DNA from: Monocercomonoides exilis PA203
Lineage: Eukaryota; Protista; Preaxostyla
Length of the DNA: 64,000 nucleotides
Reading direction: 5' to 3'
Assembly: GCA_001643675.2 (NCBI GenBank)
Contig: LSRY02000004.1
Location: 1,798,001 to 1,862,000 of the forward strand
The position numbers and the translations under genes are program-made. Shown here one piece after another: positions 37,108-54,857 of the stretch (position 1 is its first letter; each line of letters begins with the position of its first letter). The notes below the pieces were generated by a model. That model did not search any database. It was not told the DNA's origin and worked only from the letters and a program-made list of their open reading frames with translations.

Positions 37108-38379
37108 ATGGGTAAAGCACGGACTTCATCAAAACCGAATGATAAATCGAAGAAAAAAGAGGCATCCGTCTTTTCAGGAACAGCTAATCTGACAAATACA
37201 ATTATTGGTGCTGGAATTCTTGGACTTCCATTTGCCTTTGCTAAGTCTGGATTAGTACCGGCTATACTGATATTCCTGGTGATGCTGTGCTTGTCGTATT
37301 TCTCATTCTATTTTTTAATGTATTCTGCAGACGCAACTTGCTTGTACACTCTTGGAAGCGTTTGCAGATTTATAGATTATTAAATCCTTGATATATGAAT
37401 ATTGCTTAATCTTTTCTGTTTTCGAATTATTAATTTTAGATTGGAGGAAGATTATTTGGACCTATTGGCATATTTTTTGTTGGTGCATGTACATTTCTTC
37501 AGTGTTTTGGCTTCCTGTGGGCTTATGTTGTACTTGTAGGTGATTTTTGTCTTTCACTACTGCGTGCAGCTGGAGTACCAGATGGAAGCGTGGTTTTACA
37601 ACGTTGGTTTATTACAGTGCTTCTTGGATTTTTCTTCTTTCAGCCTTTGTCATGGTTTCGTCGAGTTGATTCATTAAAAACTGTTAGCTCGTTGGCGATC
37701 GTTGCTATCATTTATGCAATAATTGTTGTATTTATAAGATTTGTTGCACCAATGGAAGGAATGGATTCTCATGGCCCCGCAGAGGCGGTTCATCCTTCTT
37801 TGACAATTATTCAATGTTTTTCAACTTTGTGCTTTGCATTTGGATGCCAGCAAAACATTCCCATCATTCAAGGAGAACTGGGTCACAAAAGCATGGCATC
37901 CATGAAAAAAGTTGCATTGTCAACGTTAAGCATTGTCGGGATTTTATACCTCTTGTCATCGCTCTTTGGATACATACAATTCACTGATCTATTTTTCAGT
38001 GCAGAATCTGCAGGAAACATCCTTACAATGTATAAAGATACTGATGTTGTTGTGCTAATCGCGAGAATTGGCTTTATAGCTGCTTTGATCTGCTCTTATC
38101 CTGTGATGTTTATTCCGACTCGTGCAGAATTGCTGGGGATAATAAGGTGCATTGTCGATATGGCCACATTGAAGGATAAAGCTGAGCTAAAAAGGAGATA
38201 CAGCGGTGGAAGAGGACCCCCACCGCTGATTCCGAGAGAATGGAAAAATGTGCTTATTTGCGGGAAGATCACTAAGCATCACTTGACAACTGGAATCATT
38301 GGGTCTCTTATCACTCTTTTGATTTGCACTCTTTCCATCTTCTTATACAAGGTTTGAATAATTGAATGTTTCTATCAAG

Positions 38380-38416
<37 letters not shown>

Positions 38417-38421
38417 AAGAG

Positions 38422-38484
<63 letters not shown>

Positions 38485-40643
38485 AAAAGAAAAAATCATT
38501 TTTTGAATAAAATTCCTTTTAATGTCCATTTGTGTTTCCGTAATTATTATTCACTATTTGTTTAATATTTTATTTAAATCCATTATTACTTACTATTAAT
38601 TATTTACTGTTCCTTATTCCAATGAACAGGTGTCTTTTGTGTTTGATATCGTAGGATCAACAGCAGGAACCTGTGTGACGTTTGTTGTCCCGTGCATGTT
38701 TTTCATTCGAATAGCGACTCAGCCGTGGCGGTTTGTGAATGAGAAGAGGCTCCAGGCGATAGAAGGGTATCCCGATGACCTTGAAAAAGACGAAAAGGAA
38801 GTGTTGGGCAAAGACGAAGTCGGAGTCAACATGAAAGCCGGTGAAGGCAAAGTGATGTTGGGAGATGAAGAAGATGAAAGCGACAAGACTGATGATGATG
38901 ACGACAAAAGCTCGGATGATTCAGAAGACAGCGACGACGAGAGCGAGATTGATCAGGAGATCATTGCGAGCAGCCGAACAAGGAGGAATCCGAAGGAGAA
39001 AGAGATGGAGCCAACTGTTGAGGAAGGGATAAGCAGCGAGGCGTCGAAGTCGCTGTCGCATTTGAGCTCTGCTCTTTCGAGGCAGTCAGCAGGCAAGCTC
39101 TCTGGTGTTGAGTCCAATTCCAACATGGGCAAAGCTAATGATGCGAGCTTGAAGTATGACACTGCCGATGACTCGGATGATTTTGACTCAGACGAAGATG
39201 ACGACGAACCAGCTCCTACGTCATTCATTACTTCAACAGCGTCTTCGTCGTCTTCCTCTTCCCCCGCCTCGTCCTTGTCTGCATCTGCACACCAATCCTC
39301 CGCACGCAATCTTACAATCCCGCAGCGCTCGCCTTCTTTCTATGCAGATCAGCCGTTTGAGAGCACGCCATCGGTGACGGCAACTGAGATCAAGTTTGTT
39401 CCCTCCCAAAATGCCATTGCTCCGCCCAGGCCGTCCGACATCGCTGTTTCCTCTGCCTCTCAGCCAGCAGCCATTGCCTCTTCTCCTTCGAGTGTATTCG
39501 CCTCATCCACACACCCCACACCGACTAATCCGGGAATGATGAGCTCGCCTTCTGTCAACTTCGGCAACGCTCAGCATCCAGGGATTCGCCAGACACCGTC
39601 CACGTCTTTCTTCCAACCGTCTTCTGCAGTCCCTCCAACATCAACTGATTCGTTAAAGAATTTATCCTCATCATCTTCTTCTTCTTCTTCTTCGTCTTCT
39701 TCTTCATCTACTGCATCGCTGTCAGCAGCACCTGCCAGCTCAAACCAGTCTGCACTGCACTCTGCCTCGCGGCAGAAGCTGTCTCTTCCACAGCATCCGT
39801 CAATGTCTTCTCGTTTGGGCTTCACTCCTTCTCGTGCTGCTTTGACTTCCACACAGTCCATCCACTCAGCAATGGACGGGCTGGCCAGAAAACCTTCATT
39901 CTTGACTGCTGGCTACGGTGTTATGCAAAGCGTTCCTGTGGCAAGCGGTTTGTTTTGATTCTGATAATTAAAAGAAAGAGCTTTTTTTTTCCTTTTTCTG
40001 TGTAATGGTATTTACTGTGGTTGTTTTTTTTTTTATAAGAATTCGTTGAAATTTTTCTTTTTCAATTTTTGATGTTTCATTTTTAATAATTTTATTTATT
40101 TTTTTTGAAAATGTGTGTTGATTTACGTTTCATATTTCATAAATTGAATTCTAATTAGAATGGCAAGGAGAGGTGAATGAAGTGATACCCTCAGACATTC
40201 CACCCGAAGTTGAAGACAAAACAAAGAGTGGTATAAGCGAAGCAGATGCCAAAGTTGTGAAGAGGAAAAAAAGCGAGGCTGATGGAGCAGAATATCTCAG
40301 CGCAGATTCAAAGAGAAAGCGGAAGAGTTCTCGCTTGTCAAATGTAGATTTGGCTGCGGCTGTGAAAGACGGAGATGAAGAAGATCAGGAAGCGAAAGGT
40401 GCTTCTGTGAAGAACCCTGCTGCAGATATGAAGGATCAGTTGCTGAGCAAAGTATTTATTGATCCAGAAGTCGTTGAGATGCACAAAAAGAGATTGCAAG
40501 AATTGCTGACTCCGCGGGAACATACCTCAAAGCCTGTGTGTTTTGCATGGGTTCTGCTTGTTCTTGGAATTGTGTTTGGTTTGATGTCCCTTGCAATGGC
40601 GATTATTTTTGACACAGATCTACATTCAGATATTGGACTATAA
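37108..40643 (+). CDS. Amino-acid transporter, AAAP/SLC38 family (exons 37108-37359, 37440-38351, 38630-39947, 40159-40643)
   Basis: NLTNTIIGAGILGLPFAFAKSG, FAFGCQQN, LFGYIQF, GNILTMY, SYPVMFIPTR and FDIVGSTAG motifs. Three GTTTG..AG introns preserve the frame. Confidence 0.88.
38380..38490. repeat. Poly-A plus (GAAA)n microsatellite in a transporter intron
   Basis: Seen directly. Confidence 0.9.
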
Positions 40644-41414
40644 ATATATATATGTACAATTATAAAAAAAATTTTTTATAATAATTTTAATTTTCTATTA
40701 TACATTCAGAAAATATCTTAATTTCATTCTTGTCTTGATGATAAAGCATGGATTGAAAAGATGTCGCAAATTTTAAAGTTTCAATTGTAAGTTAATGAGT
40801 TGATCTTTTTTGAAAATGTTTATGTGGATTGTTTGTTAAAAAGTTATGTATAACTTTTCCATATCATAACCCGCAAATTTTTTGTTTTTAATGATTTCAG
40901 ATGAACATTTAAAATATGGGATGAAATTTTTGGTCTTATGAAAAAACTAAGATTTATTCCAAACTTTTTCAGCAATCATATCATATAAATCAACCGTAAC
41001 AATGCAAAAATTTTACAGAAAATACTCAAAATTGAGAAAAACATTTAAAAGTTCAGAATTGAACAAATTCCTGAATCAATAATTATCATCCCACATCTTG
41101 AATAATCAACGTGCTGGAAAAAATGTAATTTCAAAAATAATTACACAGTCATTTTCAACAAAAAAAAGATAAAAACAGAATATTTTTTTTTCAAAGATTA
41201 TGTTTTGCAAAATTAATTGAATAACAAGGAGAAAAATGAGCAAAATTTAAATTAGTGAGATTATCTTGTTTTTTAAACCTTGTATCAAAAATAAGCTTCC
41301 TCATTTGTAAATTTAATGCTTCATTGAAATGTATTTTTAGTTAACATTTCATAATCAAAGTTTTTCTTTCAATAAAAGAAGACCATAATATCATACCATA
41401 ATTATAAAGTGAAA

Positions 41415-43043
41415 ATGATTAGACCTTTCAAAAGTTCTTTGAGGCCCGACTTTTCTCAGATAAAACGCGATAAAGATGAAACAATGAAAAGGCCACATAC
41501 AGCCAATTCTGTGGACAGCGGATCAAGTATGGATTCTTTTTTTAAAAGTCCTTAAAAATATTAATATTTCAAAACTCAAATTATTGTTGGGGTACAAGTC
41601 ACATTAGAAACTGTACAGAATTTACCAACAAGGATTTTATTTGGAGATTCATTTTATAAGCAATTGCTCCAACTTGAATATCAGTTTAATGTTAATAGAT
41701 GTTATAACAAATCAGACAGAGACATTTTGCGTGTATTCTCATTGTTTAATGTTCGTAAAGCATTAACGCGCAATTATCTCGGAGAAATAAAATATACATG
41801 GGACAGAAACTTATTTCAAAAACAATTGATGGATGCTGCAGTTATTCCTCACAGATTCATGGATCCAGAGCTAATTGAACTTGTGACAGTGGGATTTTGC
41901 TGTTCTTATGACAGCGGATTATATGAAGGAAAAAGCACAACGATGTTTGGAAAATTGTTTTGTCGAGCACTGTTGCTTAAGACTAGCGAACACAACTGGA
42001 AAATTCGTATGAGTTTAGCATCTCTTGGGCTTATGTTCTCATCAACGTTTAGATGTTTGCTGTGCAGCATTTTGCTTTTTTTTTCTTCTTCTTTTCAAAT
42101 TTTATTTTTAAGAGGACAATTGAATGTGATATGTGTATGTTAGAATGTGAAATACACATTTGCTATTTCTATTTTCTGTTTTTGGTTTATTATTTATTTA
42201 TTTATTTATTGTTTATATTTTATTTTATTTTATTTTTTTCAATTTCTTTGATATTGAATAGGGTTTAAAAGCTCAAGATTCACTCTCAAAGAAACCTTTG
42301 CTTTGGCACTTGAAAGACATAAAAGAAAAGAAATTCGACTTCCAGGGCTTACACTTATTTGCATTCTTTATTTGAGTATAAAGCCCATTTATTTAGAATT
42401 TCCAACACCAGATTACAAGATTGCAAAGGAAATAAAGTTGGACCAACATTGGCTATACGAAGAGGCGCTTGTGCGCTCAATGGAAGATTTAAATGAGGCC
42501 AAAGAAAAAGTTCCCAACAATTTTCTGCATATAGATCTTTGCAGATTTGCTGTGAAAAGTGTCTTTTTGTGCCTTTTAAAATATGACCTCACATTTTCTG
42601 ATGGAATGGCTTCCTATTCTGATCGATTCAATCATCTTTTGCTTCAAGCAATAAAGGAAAATATTGTTTGCTTGAAAGAACTTGATCTAGGCCTTGATTT
42701 TGAAGGTGTTGGTGAAGGGTTCGAGAGCATCATCGCTCCTTTGCTACAAAGAAGCAGATATTTTCACATTATTTCGTTTGGTAAAGAAGGAATCAAATGC
42801 ATCGCGAACTATCTTAGAAAATTGTCTACATTGAATTCATATAAAGCAAATCAACAAATGAGGTCAATTGCTTATCATTTGAAAGATATGACTTTCGACC
42901 CTTCAAGATCCATAAAAGACTGCGCAATATTATATAAAAAATATATGGAGGAGGAAGGTTTTGCTGATGCCTATGTAGCAATTGGTAGTCAGTCATTTTT
43001 CTGGAATTGTTTTGACAGAAATTTGTATACAACGCTGCTATAG
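41415..43043 (+). CDS. Hypothetical protein (exons 41415-41526, 41599-42054, 42262-43043)
   Basis: GT..AG introns at 41527-41598 and 42055-42261 join ORFs 41664 and 42303 in frame. The C-terminal MEEEGFAD echoes the EEEDYED end of the 17920-19329 gene. Confidence 0.6.
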
Positions 43044-43538
43044 AGAAGGATGTGAATGATTATAATATGCAATGATTGTAATATTGATTTTTGAATGTAA
43101 TCTGTTTGTGATTTTTACGGTTGTAATATTTCTTTAGCATGAGTTTTTCATGCTTGTTTGTGGATTTGATGAAATAATTTCAAAAGTTTTCGTTTCTGTT
43201 ATTTTATGTGAATTGATAAAGATTGAAATTCACCACTCAATTTATGTACTTTTTTTTTTATCTGTGCGAACTTTTTGAAAAAAAGTGAGATTATCTTAAA
43301 AGATAATGCCAATTATATTTCAAAGAGAAATAAGATGCTATTTTTTCAGATTTTCTACACACATTAATGGGAAGCCATTATCGTGGTTTTCTAAACTTTA
43401 TTCCACCCTTCATTTTTTTATCTAATTCTTTAATTAATCGTTTTTCAATTATTTCGTTAAAAAAACACTCCAATTATAATTATTTGAAAGCATGAAAAGT
43501 TTGGAATAAATATTTGAATTTTTCTTTTTAGCAGCATA

Positions 43539-44502
43539 GGGTCAATTATTAATCGGTGCCCAAAAAATTAATCGGGACCTAAATTTTCTGGCTCTCAAGA
43601 GCAGTTTTAGAAAAAAATAAATAATAGAAAATTATTAATATGTTATTATTTACTATTTCTGAAAATATTTTTTCATATTTTAATTTTTGTGAAAAGATCT
43701 GGTGTTTTTTGTTTTATTTTTAAGATCAAAGACTTGCTCGTATTTTCACCAGTTTTTTGTTTTGAGATTTTTAAGTATTGTTATTGTTATTGAACATAAC
43801 TTCTTTATGTTTTTGGTTATTTTTCATTGTTTAACACTTCGTTTTTTATTATTTTTTCCATTTCACTAAATTTCAACAAATTAAAGAAAACATATAAATA
43901 AATAAGTTTTTACGTTAATTCAAAAGGGAAAATATTTAAATTATCAACAAAAAAGGCATTCAAAAAAATAAATATCTTGAAGTTTTTATAATTGTGATTA
44001 TTATTCAAAACAACTTGTTTTTGTGTATTTTTGTGTTTTAAACTTCAAATCATATTTTTTCATTTCAAAATTTAGATGATACACATACCAATCAGTTTCA
44101 TAACCATTCTTCAATGAACAAAAACATGGTAACTCTAATTTCACAATTTATTTTTTATTTTTTCGAAATTTAGTGAAATGGAAAATATAATAAAAAAACG
44201 AAGTGTTAAACAATGAAAAATAACCAAGATTATAAAGAAGTTATGTGCAATAACAATATCAATACTCAGAACACTCAAAACAAAAAGCTCGTTGAAATAT
44301 GAGCTAGTCTTTGATCTAAAAAATAAAACAAAAAACGCCAGATCTTTTCACAAAAATAAAAAATTTTAAAAAATATTTTCAGGAATAGCTTTTTATAATA
44401 TATTGAAAATTTTCTATTATTTATTTTTTTCGAAAAGTGCTCTGGAGAGCCAGAAAATGTAGGTCCCGATTAATTTTTTGGGCACCGATAAATAATTGAC
44501 CC
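43539..44502. mobile_element. MITE/foldback element with ~345-bp TIRs
   Basis: GGGTCAATTATTAATCGGTGCCCAAAAAATTAATCGGGACCT... (43539 to ~43885) is an inverted, slightly diverged copy of ~44155-44502. TA flanks both ends; ~270-bp non-coding core. Confidence 0.88.
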
Positions 44503-44599
44503 TACATACTATTTTTGGTCTTTCTTTAGCTAAAATGACAAACAATGCGATTTGTTCCTTTTTTTTCAACTTTCTGATCATTATAATTAAATCATAATT

Positions 44600-47900
<3,301 letters not shown>

Positions 47901-48760
47901 AATGATTAACTAAATGCTAATTGTTGAACTGGTATCAAGTGAGGATGAGTGCAGATTGGGATATGAAAAGTAGAAAAAGGACGAATATGAATGAATGAAA
48001 AGACACAAATGAAAAAGATGAAGAAGTTGAATGAAAGTTTTATGTATATATTTAAGAAGAGATTTTGATGATACGTTAAATAAGAAAAAAAGACATCAAG
48101 CGTAACAGTTTTGTTGCAACGTTCTAAAAAAAGATTGCTTATGCATTTTCAACAAACAAAGTCAAGTGTTGCATTAATAAAAGTTCAAAGTTGGAAACAC
48201 TTATTTTTTTTTAACTGCAATCTTCAAGTTGGAATACAACAAGCGAAGCATCATTATTATCAACTCCATATTCATTGAAAAAATGAAAATGTCTCTTTTT
48301 TTGTTCACAGTCCTTAATAACTTCTTTTCCTTATTTTTTCATCCTGAAAAAATGTTGAATGCGAACATTCTTCATCTATTGCTTCTTCTTTCTATTTTCA
48401 TATGAACAAGTTATTTTTCCTTTCGCAGTTGCAAATTCTCCGCTTTTCTGCAAGATTACATTTATAATTTGGATCAAAGAAAAATCTGTTTCCTTATATT
48501 CACATTTTCATACTCTTCTATATAGGAAAAAATTGCTTTTTTCGTACAAATACAAAGCATCTCTTAATTATCATGAATTAATATAAATATGTTCATTAAA
48601 CCAGAAAGATAACAAAAAAAAAGTTACATTTTCGATTCTTTTTTTGCATTTTCACACAAAATAAAACAAGCTTAATAGTATTTAAAGTTTATTATAAACA
48701 TTTATTTTTTATAAATAAAGAAAACTCAACACACAAATTTTAAACAACCCATAATTTATT

Positions 48761-49200
48761 ATGTCAAAGGATTTACATGACGCTTCTGAGCTAGAGAAAG
48801 AAATTCTTTGGGAAAACGAAGAAGATTTAGATAACATATTTGGAAAATTGGCAAAAACGAAAAGAGTTTTGCTCAAATGCATTTTTTTTGCAACAAATAA
48901 AAATTATTTTTATTCAGCATGCAGTGGCAATCGGGAAGCATATTGACGATAGCGTGAAGCTTCTTGATCAAACGGTTTTATTTTTATATATTGCTTTGAT
49001 AAATTTGTTATACCGTTCATCAGGCAGATTCAACAATTAAAGGGCAAACAAATATGAAAAATTCTCGGAAAAATCTTTCAACAATTACTTCAAAAGATCC
49101 AGACAGAAAATTATTTTGGGGAATAATTTTAGGGATGAATCTTATTTCAATCATAATTGCTTTATACATTCGATTTTCACGAAATAAAAAAGGATCATAA
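48761..49200 (+). CDS. Small Qc-SNARE, Bet1-like (112 aa; exons 48761-48865, 48918-48974, 49024-49200)
   Basis: The spliced product MSKDLHDASELEKEILWENEEDLDNIFGKLAKTKRHAVAIGKHIDDSVKLLDQTADSTIKGQTNMKNSRKNLSTITSKDPDRKLFWGIILGMNLISIIIALYIRFSRNKKGS has a SNARE heptad motif and a C-terminal TM anchor. Two phase-0 GT..AG introns. Confidence 0.75.
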
Positions 49201-49808
49201 ATCTTTCTTATTCATGTGGTTTAATTTTTTTCTATAATAATTTTATGATTGCAAGAATTGTTAGTGCTGTTCAATTTTTGTTTATATTTTTTCAAAGCAT
49301 TTATTTTTATTTTTATTTTTGATTTTCAAATCGAGAAATAGAAATTATTATCCAATGTATCCAAATGGTTATAAAAAAATAAGTCACTGAACAGAATAAA
49401 ATGATTGGCATGGCGGGAGTAAATTAAGTGGTCGAATAAACATAACAGTTGATTTCCTTCTGATCCTGAGCTATCACTTTGTTTTAGGAAAAGAACGAAC
49501 AGATATTGCTTTTGCATTCAAAAAGAAGTGAAAAATACTTTGCCTTATTTATTTGATGATAAGAAATTTAAGATTTTGGAATAATAAAATTCATTACTCT
49601 CATGTATAACTGTTCAAAAAAAAAGAAGAAAAAAACTTTTTTTTTGTGATAAACATTTCAATCATTCTAATAGAAATTTTTTGTTTCTACTAAAAAAAAA
49701 AAAAAAAGAAAAGAAAAGTGTTATCTCGGAAATTATTCATTTTTTTTTAAAAAACAAAAAAATTGCATTTTCTGTTTGAAAAGAACGATAATAATAATTA
49801 TGAACCAC

Positions 49809-52800
49809 TTATCCTTTAGCAATCCAATGAAAAACATCATTTATTTTTTCTCCAATTATTGTGCTTCTATTCTTTTCAACAAGATTTTCAGTAATTTCCT
49901 TCACCCTGTTATCAGAGACTTCTGGGAAAAATCTATCATCAAACTATTTCAATAAGATAAAAATAAATAAAATATTAATATTACAATTTTAGAAAAAAAA
50001 ATAAAAGAGAATAGAATAGAATAAATATTCACAACTTTAATTTTTCTTTATAAAGAAGCATACGTATTTTGATAAACAGTTATCTTCAAACAGTTTCGGG
50101 AATAAAGTTTTAATGGATTTAAGGAGGAGAGCAAATTCAGGATGATGATGGCGCAAATGAAAAAAACATAGGGATAAGTAATATATCAGTTCTGCCTTTT
50201 TATTGTTGATCACTCTCTAACGATGAAAAATAAATAAAGAAATAAAGAAATTAAATATATTAAAATGTTATCAAAATGCATTGGACGATTAATAATTTAA
50301 ACCAGCATTCTTGCTGAGAGCAGGAAGAATGGTTGAGAATTACATACATTAAAGATTTCAGTTTTTATTCCAATCACAGTCTGTTCCATTTTCGCAGCTG
50401 GACGAGAGCCACAGATGTAACCAAAATCAATATGAAACATTTTCCCAGTGAATTTTCCATCGCCTTTGCCCGCAAAGCATTACATGTTTTTGAAGAAATA
50501 CAATTGCAATCAAAAATATAAAAAAGTGGGATATAATTTAAAATAAAAGCAATAAGAATAAATTTTTGAATGTGCAAACTTCCAATATGCAACAATATGT
50601 TGTTAATATGACGATCTGTAATGCCAAACAAGAAGCACGGAAAAGAATACGCAGCTGGGCAAAAGGAAAAAAAAAAGAAGAAGATCAAAATTCAGTCAAA
50701 AAAAGAAAGTTAATTTTATAAAATTGCAAATTTGTTAATGTGGTTAGTTCAATAAGTGCGCATACCACTTGTTTGTGCAAGAAGGAGATCATAATTGCTA
50801 TTTTCGCTAAAAGATAATAATAATGTTAAAATTGAAAAAAAAGGAATATTTATATAAATGAACGAAATTACACAGAATAGTGACAAAAATGATAGAAATT
50901 AATTCCACGTTATTTGTTGAAAAAATTATGATAACCAAAACAACTTTCATTAATTAAAAAAACATTTACTCAAATGCACAATAACATCTTAAAGATTTAT
51001 CGTCTGAGTCCACATTTTCCTTTCTTTCCAGTGATCAATCTCTTCAAAATGAAAACATACGCTGGGATGCACTCTGTTTTCTTTAGGTCAGCAGTGTTTG
51101 GAACAAACTCCACAATTCCACTCAGCTCGTCTTCATTCGCATTTTGTCCGCTCCTTCCTGGATTTTCCATTGGGGTAGCCATTGCCGAATAGCAAGTGTA
51201 CAATCCTCTTATTCCTTGCTCTGATAATATTGCGTCCATCATCTGGATTCCCTGCAAAACAATCATATCCTGCCGAAGGTCGTCGCCTTTCTTTATCATA
51301 ATTCCCTTGACCACCGTCTTATTTTCGTTCCTCTTTTTCAGTCTGAATAGCAGCGCCATAGGCATTTTTGCGGAGTTTGCAACATGAAACATTTTATCTT
51401 TAAGATGAATTATTTCAGAAAACATAAACAATATATGAATATTAAATGTATGGAAAAATAAATAAATATTTAAATATTTAAATAAAAACTTTTTTGCTAA
51501 TAAAATATTTACAAGACAACTCAAAACAGAAATCCCAAAACAGAAAAATCAAAACATTTTTCGAGTTTATAAATAATCACACATTTTTTTTGGATTCTTC
51601 CATATTCATCGACTTCGCTTTTACAGAAAGGCTCAACGCTACATATCTCGAATGATGGATCAAATGGAAAAGGAGGCCTATTTCCTTCAATAAGCCCAAG
51701 TTCTCTATTAACAGATGAAATGCCGAGTCTGTCAGAAGACGAGGATGACGACGAAGAAGCAGAATCTTCTGAGCTGTTTGATTGATGATGCTTGGCATAA
51801 AAGTTAAACAATTGCCTAATAAACATATTCACTTTATTAACTTCGTTTCTAATTGGAATTGTTGATTTTCCCTTCTAATTTCAAAGTAAAAGCAAAAAAT
51901 ATTGGAAAAAAAAGAGAGAGAAAGAGTTGCACTTTTCACGTATAACGGAAGATGATTAACGCAAACCGCATTCACAAAATAGTCCGCCATCATCACTTGA
52001 ATAAACTTTTTGTATTTTTTCACTCTTTCATTGTTATTTTTTGAACAAAATTTGGAGGCTTCAAAAGCAAATGACCTTCAGAATGTGAACCAGGTGCATA
52101 AATATTTAAATATTCAAATGCAAAAAAGAAAAACAGAAATATGGAAATTATTTAATGTTCACATGATTAAAAAATAATCAATAATATTATAATTGATTAA
52201 TAAAAATAAAAAATTAAATTAAATTAAATAAAAATAAAAAAATAAAAACAAAAAACAAAAAATTAAAATTAAAATTAAAAAAAAAAAAAACATTATAACC
52301 AATAAATCATAAAAGCACAATTATCCATAGACAAACCAATAACATTTAATAGCGGCTTGAAGAGAATACGACCATATCCATCGAAAGAGTGACAAAAGCG
52401 GATAGTCAGATGGTCTATTTAGCAGATCTTCAACATTTTCATTATTAATCCTGTTGTCTTCCAAATCAACTGTTAATACCAACTGAGGCAAAAACTTGAC
52501 TATGGACTTTACAAGCACCCAACGAACAATTGTTGACAAAGATTCATACGTAATTAACATTCAAAAAAGAAAAAAATATTCAATTAATTTTTAAATTAAG
52601 TGACAGATACGTGAAAATTTCATAATTTGGATATACAGAAGAAATTCAATCGAATAATTCCAAAAATTTCAACAATAATAAACAATAAAAAGTCTTTCAT
52701 TTCATATGTGCTCCAAGTTGTTTTCAACTTTTTTTTCTCTCATAATCACATCTTCTTTTATTCGATAAACAGCAATTAGCAAACGCTTTCCTGCTCCAAT

Positions 52801-54562
52801 TTTTAGAATACATTCAAACCTCTCCTTCTCCTTCTTTGAAAAGCTTGATTATTTGAATAATTGCCTTTTTATGTAAATCTAAATGCTTGCTTTTCATTCC
52901 CACCAATTCCACCAGAGTCGAAACAGGCACTTTTCGTATTTGCTTAAATATTTGCTAAATGTAACAATCGATAAAAAGAAAGAAAAACAAAAATTGAGAT
53001 CAAATTTTCAAAAAAAAATAAAAAAATAAAAAATAAAAAGAAAGAAAAGAAAAGAAAGAAAGAAAAAGAAAAGAAAAGAAAAACAATTATTGAAATATTT
53101 TAGCCTTCAATCGAATCATACAAATGCTTTTTTTGCTTGATCGATGAGCTGCCACTCAATACAGTCCGTAATGTGAATGAAGCATTGCGGATAATACTTC
53201 ACAAACGACAGAAATCTCCGTCCTCTTTCTTTTTTCTCCTCAGTCAAATTATTTTCTGGTGCCCTTATCGTTAATTGCTTTGTTAGAAGCCAATGAAAGA
53301 AAAGATTAAATTCACAAATAAACAAAAAATGCAATGCATTACAAATAACAGAGAAAAAATATTTCCAGTATGATAACACTAAAAGAGGATTATTATTTAT
53401 TATTCATGCCTGCATAAACAACTGGATTTCTTCTTTTTTAGCTTCACACAATCGGCAATCGATTATCTTCCATTCGTTCATCGAATCATCTACGTCAATA
53501 AACTCAAATTCTTCATAGCATTCATCCTTTGAAAATTCCTTTATTCGTTTCTCTTCAATTCTCCCTTTCTTTTCCTGCACAATAGGAGCATCTTTCGAGT
53601 GAAGAGGTCCTCCAAATCCAATTTGCGTTTCTCCAACTTTCACAAAACCGCACATGGTTTGATTTGGGCTAATTTGATGCAGACTTTTTTGAAACGATAA
53701 TGAACTGTTTCTTTCATCAGAATAACTGTTTTGAATCTAAACAAGCAAATATTTGTTAAAATGAAAAAGAGAAGTTATTAACCTTTTGATTTTCAGTTTC
53801 CAATTGTATTTCAATAATAAGTGTTGCAATAAAAAAAGAATTTGGGTGGTTTTCACTTGTTTTAGTGCATAAATCAATGGGCAGAATCCTTGTTACCAAT
53901 GAAGCAGAACCTCTTTTGATTGAAGTTGTTTTGGAGAGATATGAAAAAGACAAAATATATTTTAAAAATAGCAAAGAAAAGGCAAGAGAGAGAGAGAGAG
54001 AGAGAGAGAGATTGAGAGAGAGATTGAGAGAGAGATTGAGAGATTGAGAGAGAGAGAGGATGAGAAAAGAAGACTATGCAAAAAAGAAAAGAATTTTTAG
54101 AATTCATTTTTATAAACTGTTTTACGTTCATAAGCTTCACTTCTTTTGTCAAAATATGCTTGCTTAATTTTCCATCTGCTTCAATCCAAAATTCGACCAC
54201 AAGTTTTGTACTCTTAGTGATTTGTGTTATAAGAAAGGGAAGGGTTATTACTTTTGATGTTGGGATTCTTCGAACAAATACTGGTGACGTTTTCCGAATT
54301 TGTCGCTCTTTCAAAGCAAAAGATAGTTCATAATCTTTGCAAATTTTCAATTCATAAATGTAACTTGTTGTTCGAAATGAAACATTTGTTCCAAACTTAA
54401 TTGATCAAAGACTTTTGGATATAAATAATTCCGAATTGCATCATTATCAACAGTTAAAGAATATCTAAATTATCAGGATCTATAAATTACAAAATCAATA
54501 AATGCTTCAAACATTTTAACTTTAAGCAAAGAATTTTCAACTGTGCTTGAAAATATATTCAT
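49809..54562 (-). CDS. Phosphatidylinositol 3-kinase catalytic subunit, multi-exon (C2-like, helical and kinase domains)
   Basis: Exonic motifs NSAKMP, KKGDDLRQDMIVLQGIQMMDAIL, GIVEFVPN, YSFPCFLFGITDRHINNILL, GKMFHIDFGYICG and C-terminal KINDVFHWIAKG*. Helical-domain-like FLPQLV...LFRW. Exact exon structure and start codon are not fully resolved. Confidence 0.85.
53985..54058. repeat. (GA)n / (GAGAGAGATT)n microsatellite in a PI3K intron
   Basis: Seen directly. Confidence 0.85.
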
Positions 54563-54802
54563 AAAATAACTTTCATAATAATAAAATAATGGTTTTATTG
54601 AATTCAAAAATGGCTGAACCTTCTAAAATCATCCTCTCTTTCGAGTTTTGAACAAAATTTGGTTAGTGGGTGGATAACGAATGAAAAAAAAAAAATTCAT
54701 TTAAATGTCTTTTTTATTTATGCTATTGTTAATAAATCTAAAAATGATATTCCGAAATTGGTTTTCAAATGATAGTGTTCAAAATAAAGAGAGCCTATTA
54801 AA

Positions 54803-54857
<55 letters not shown>

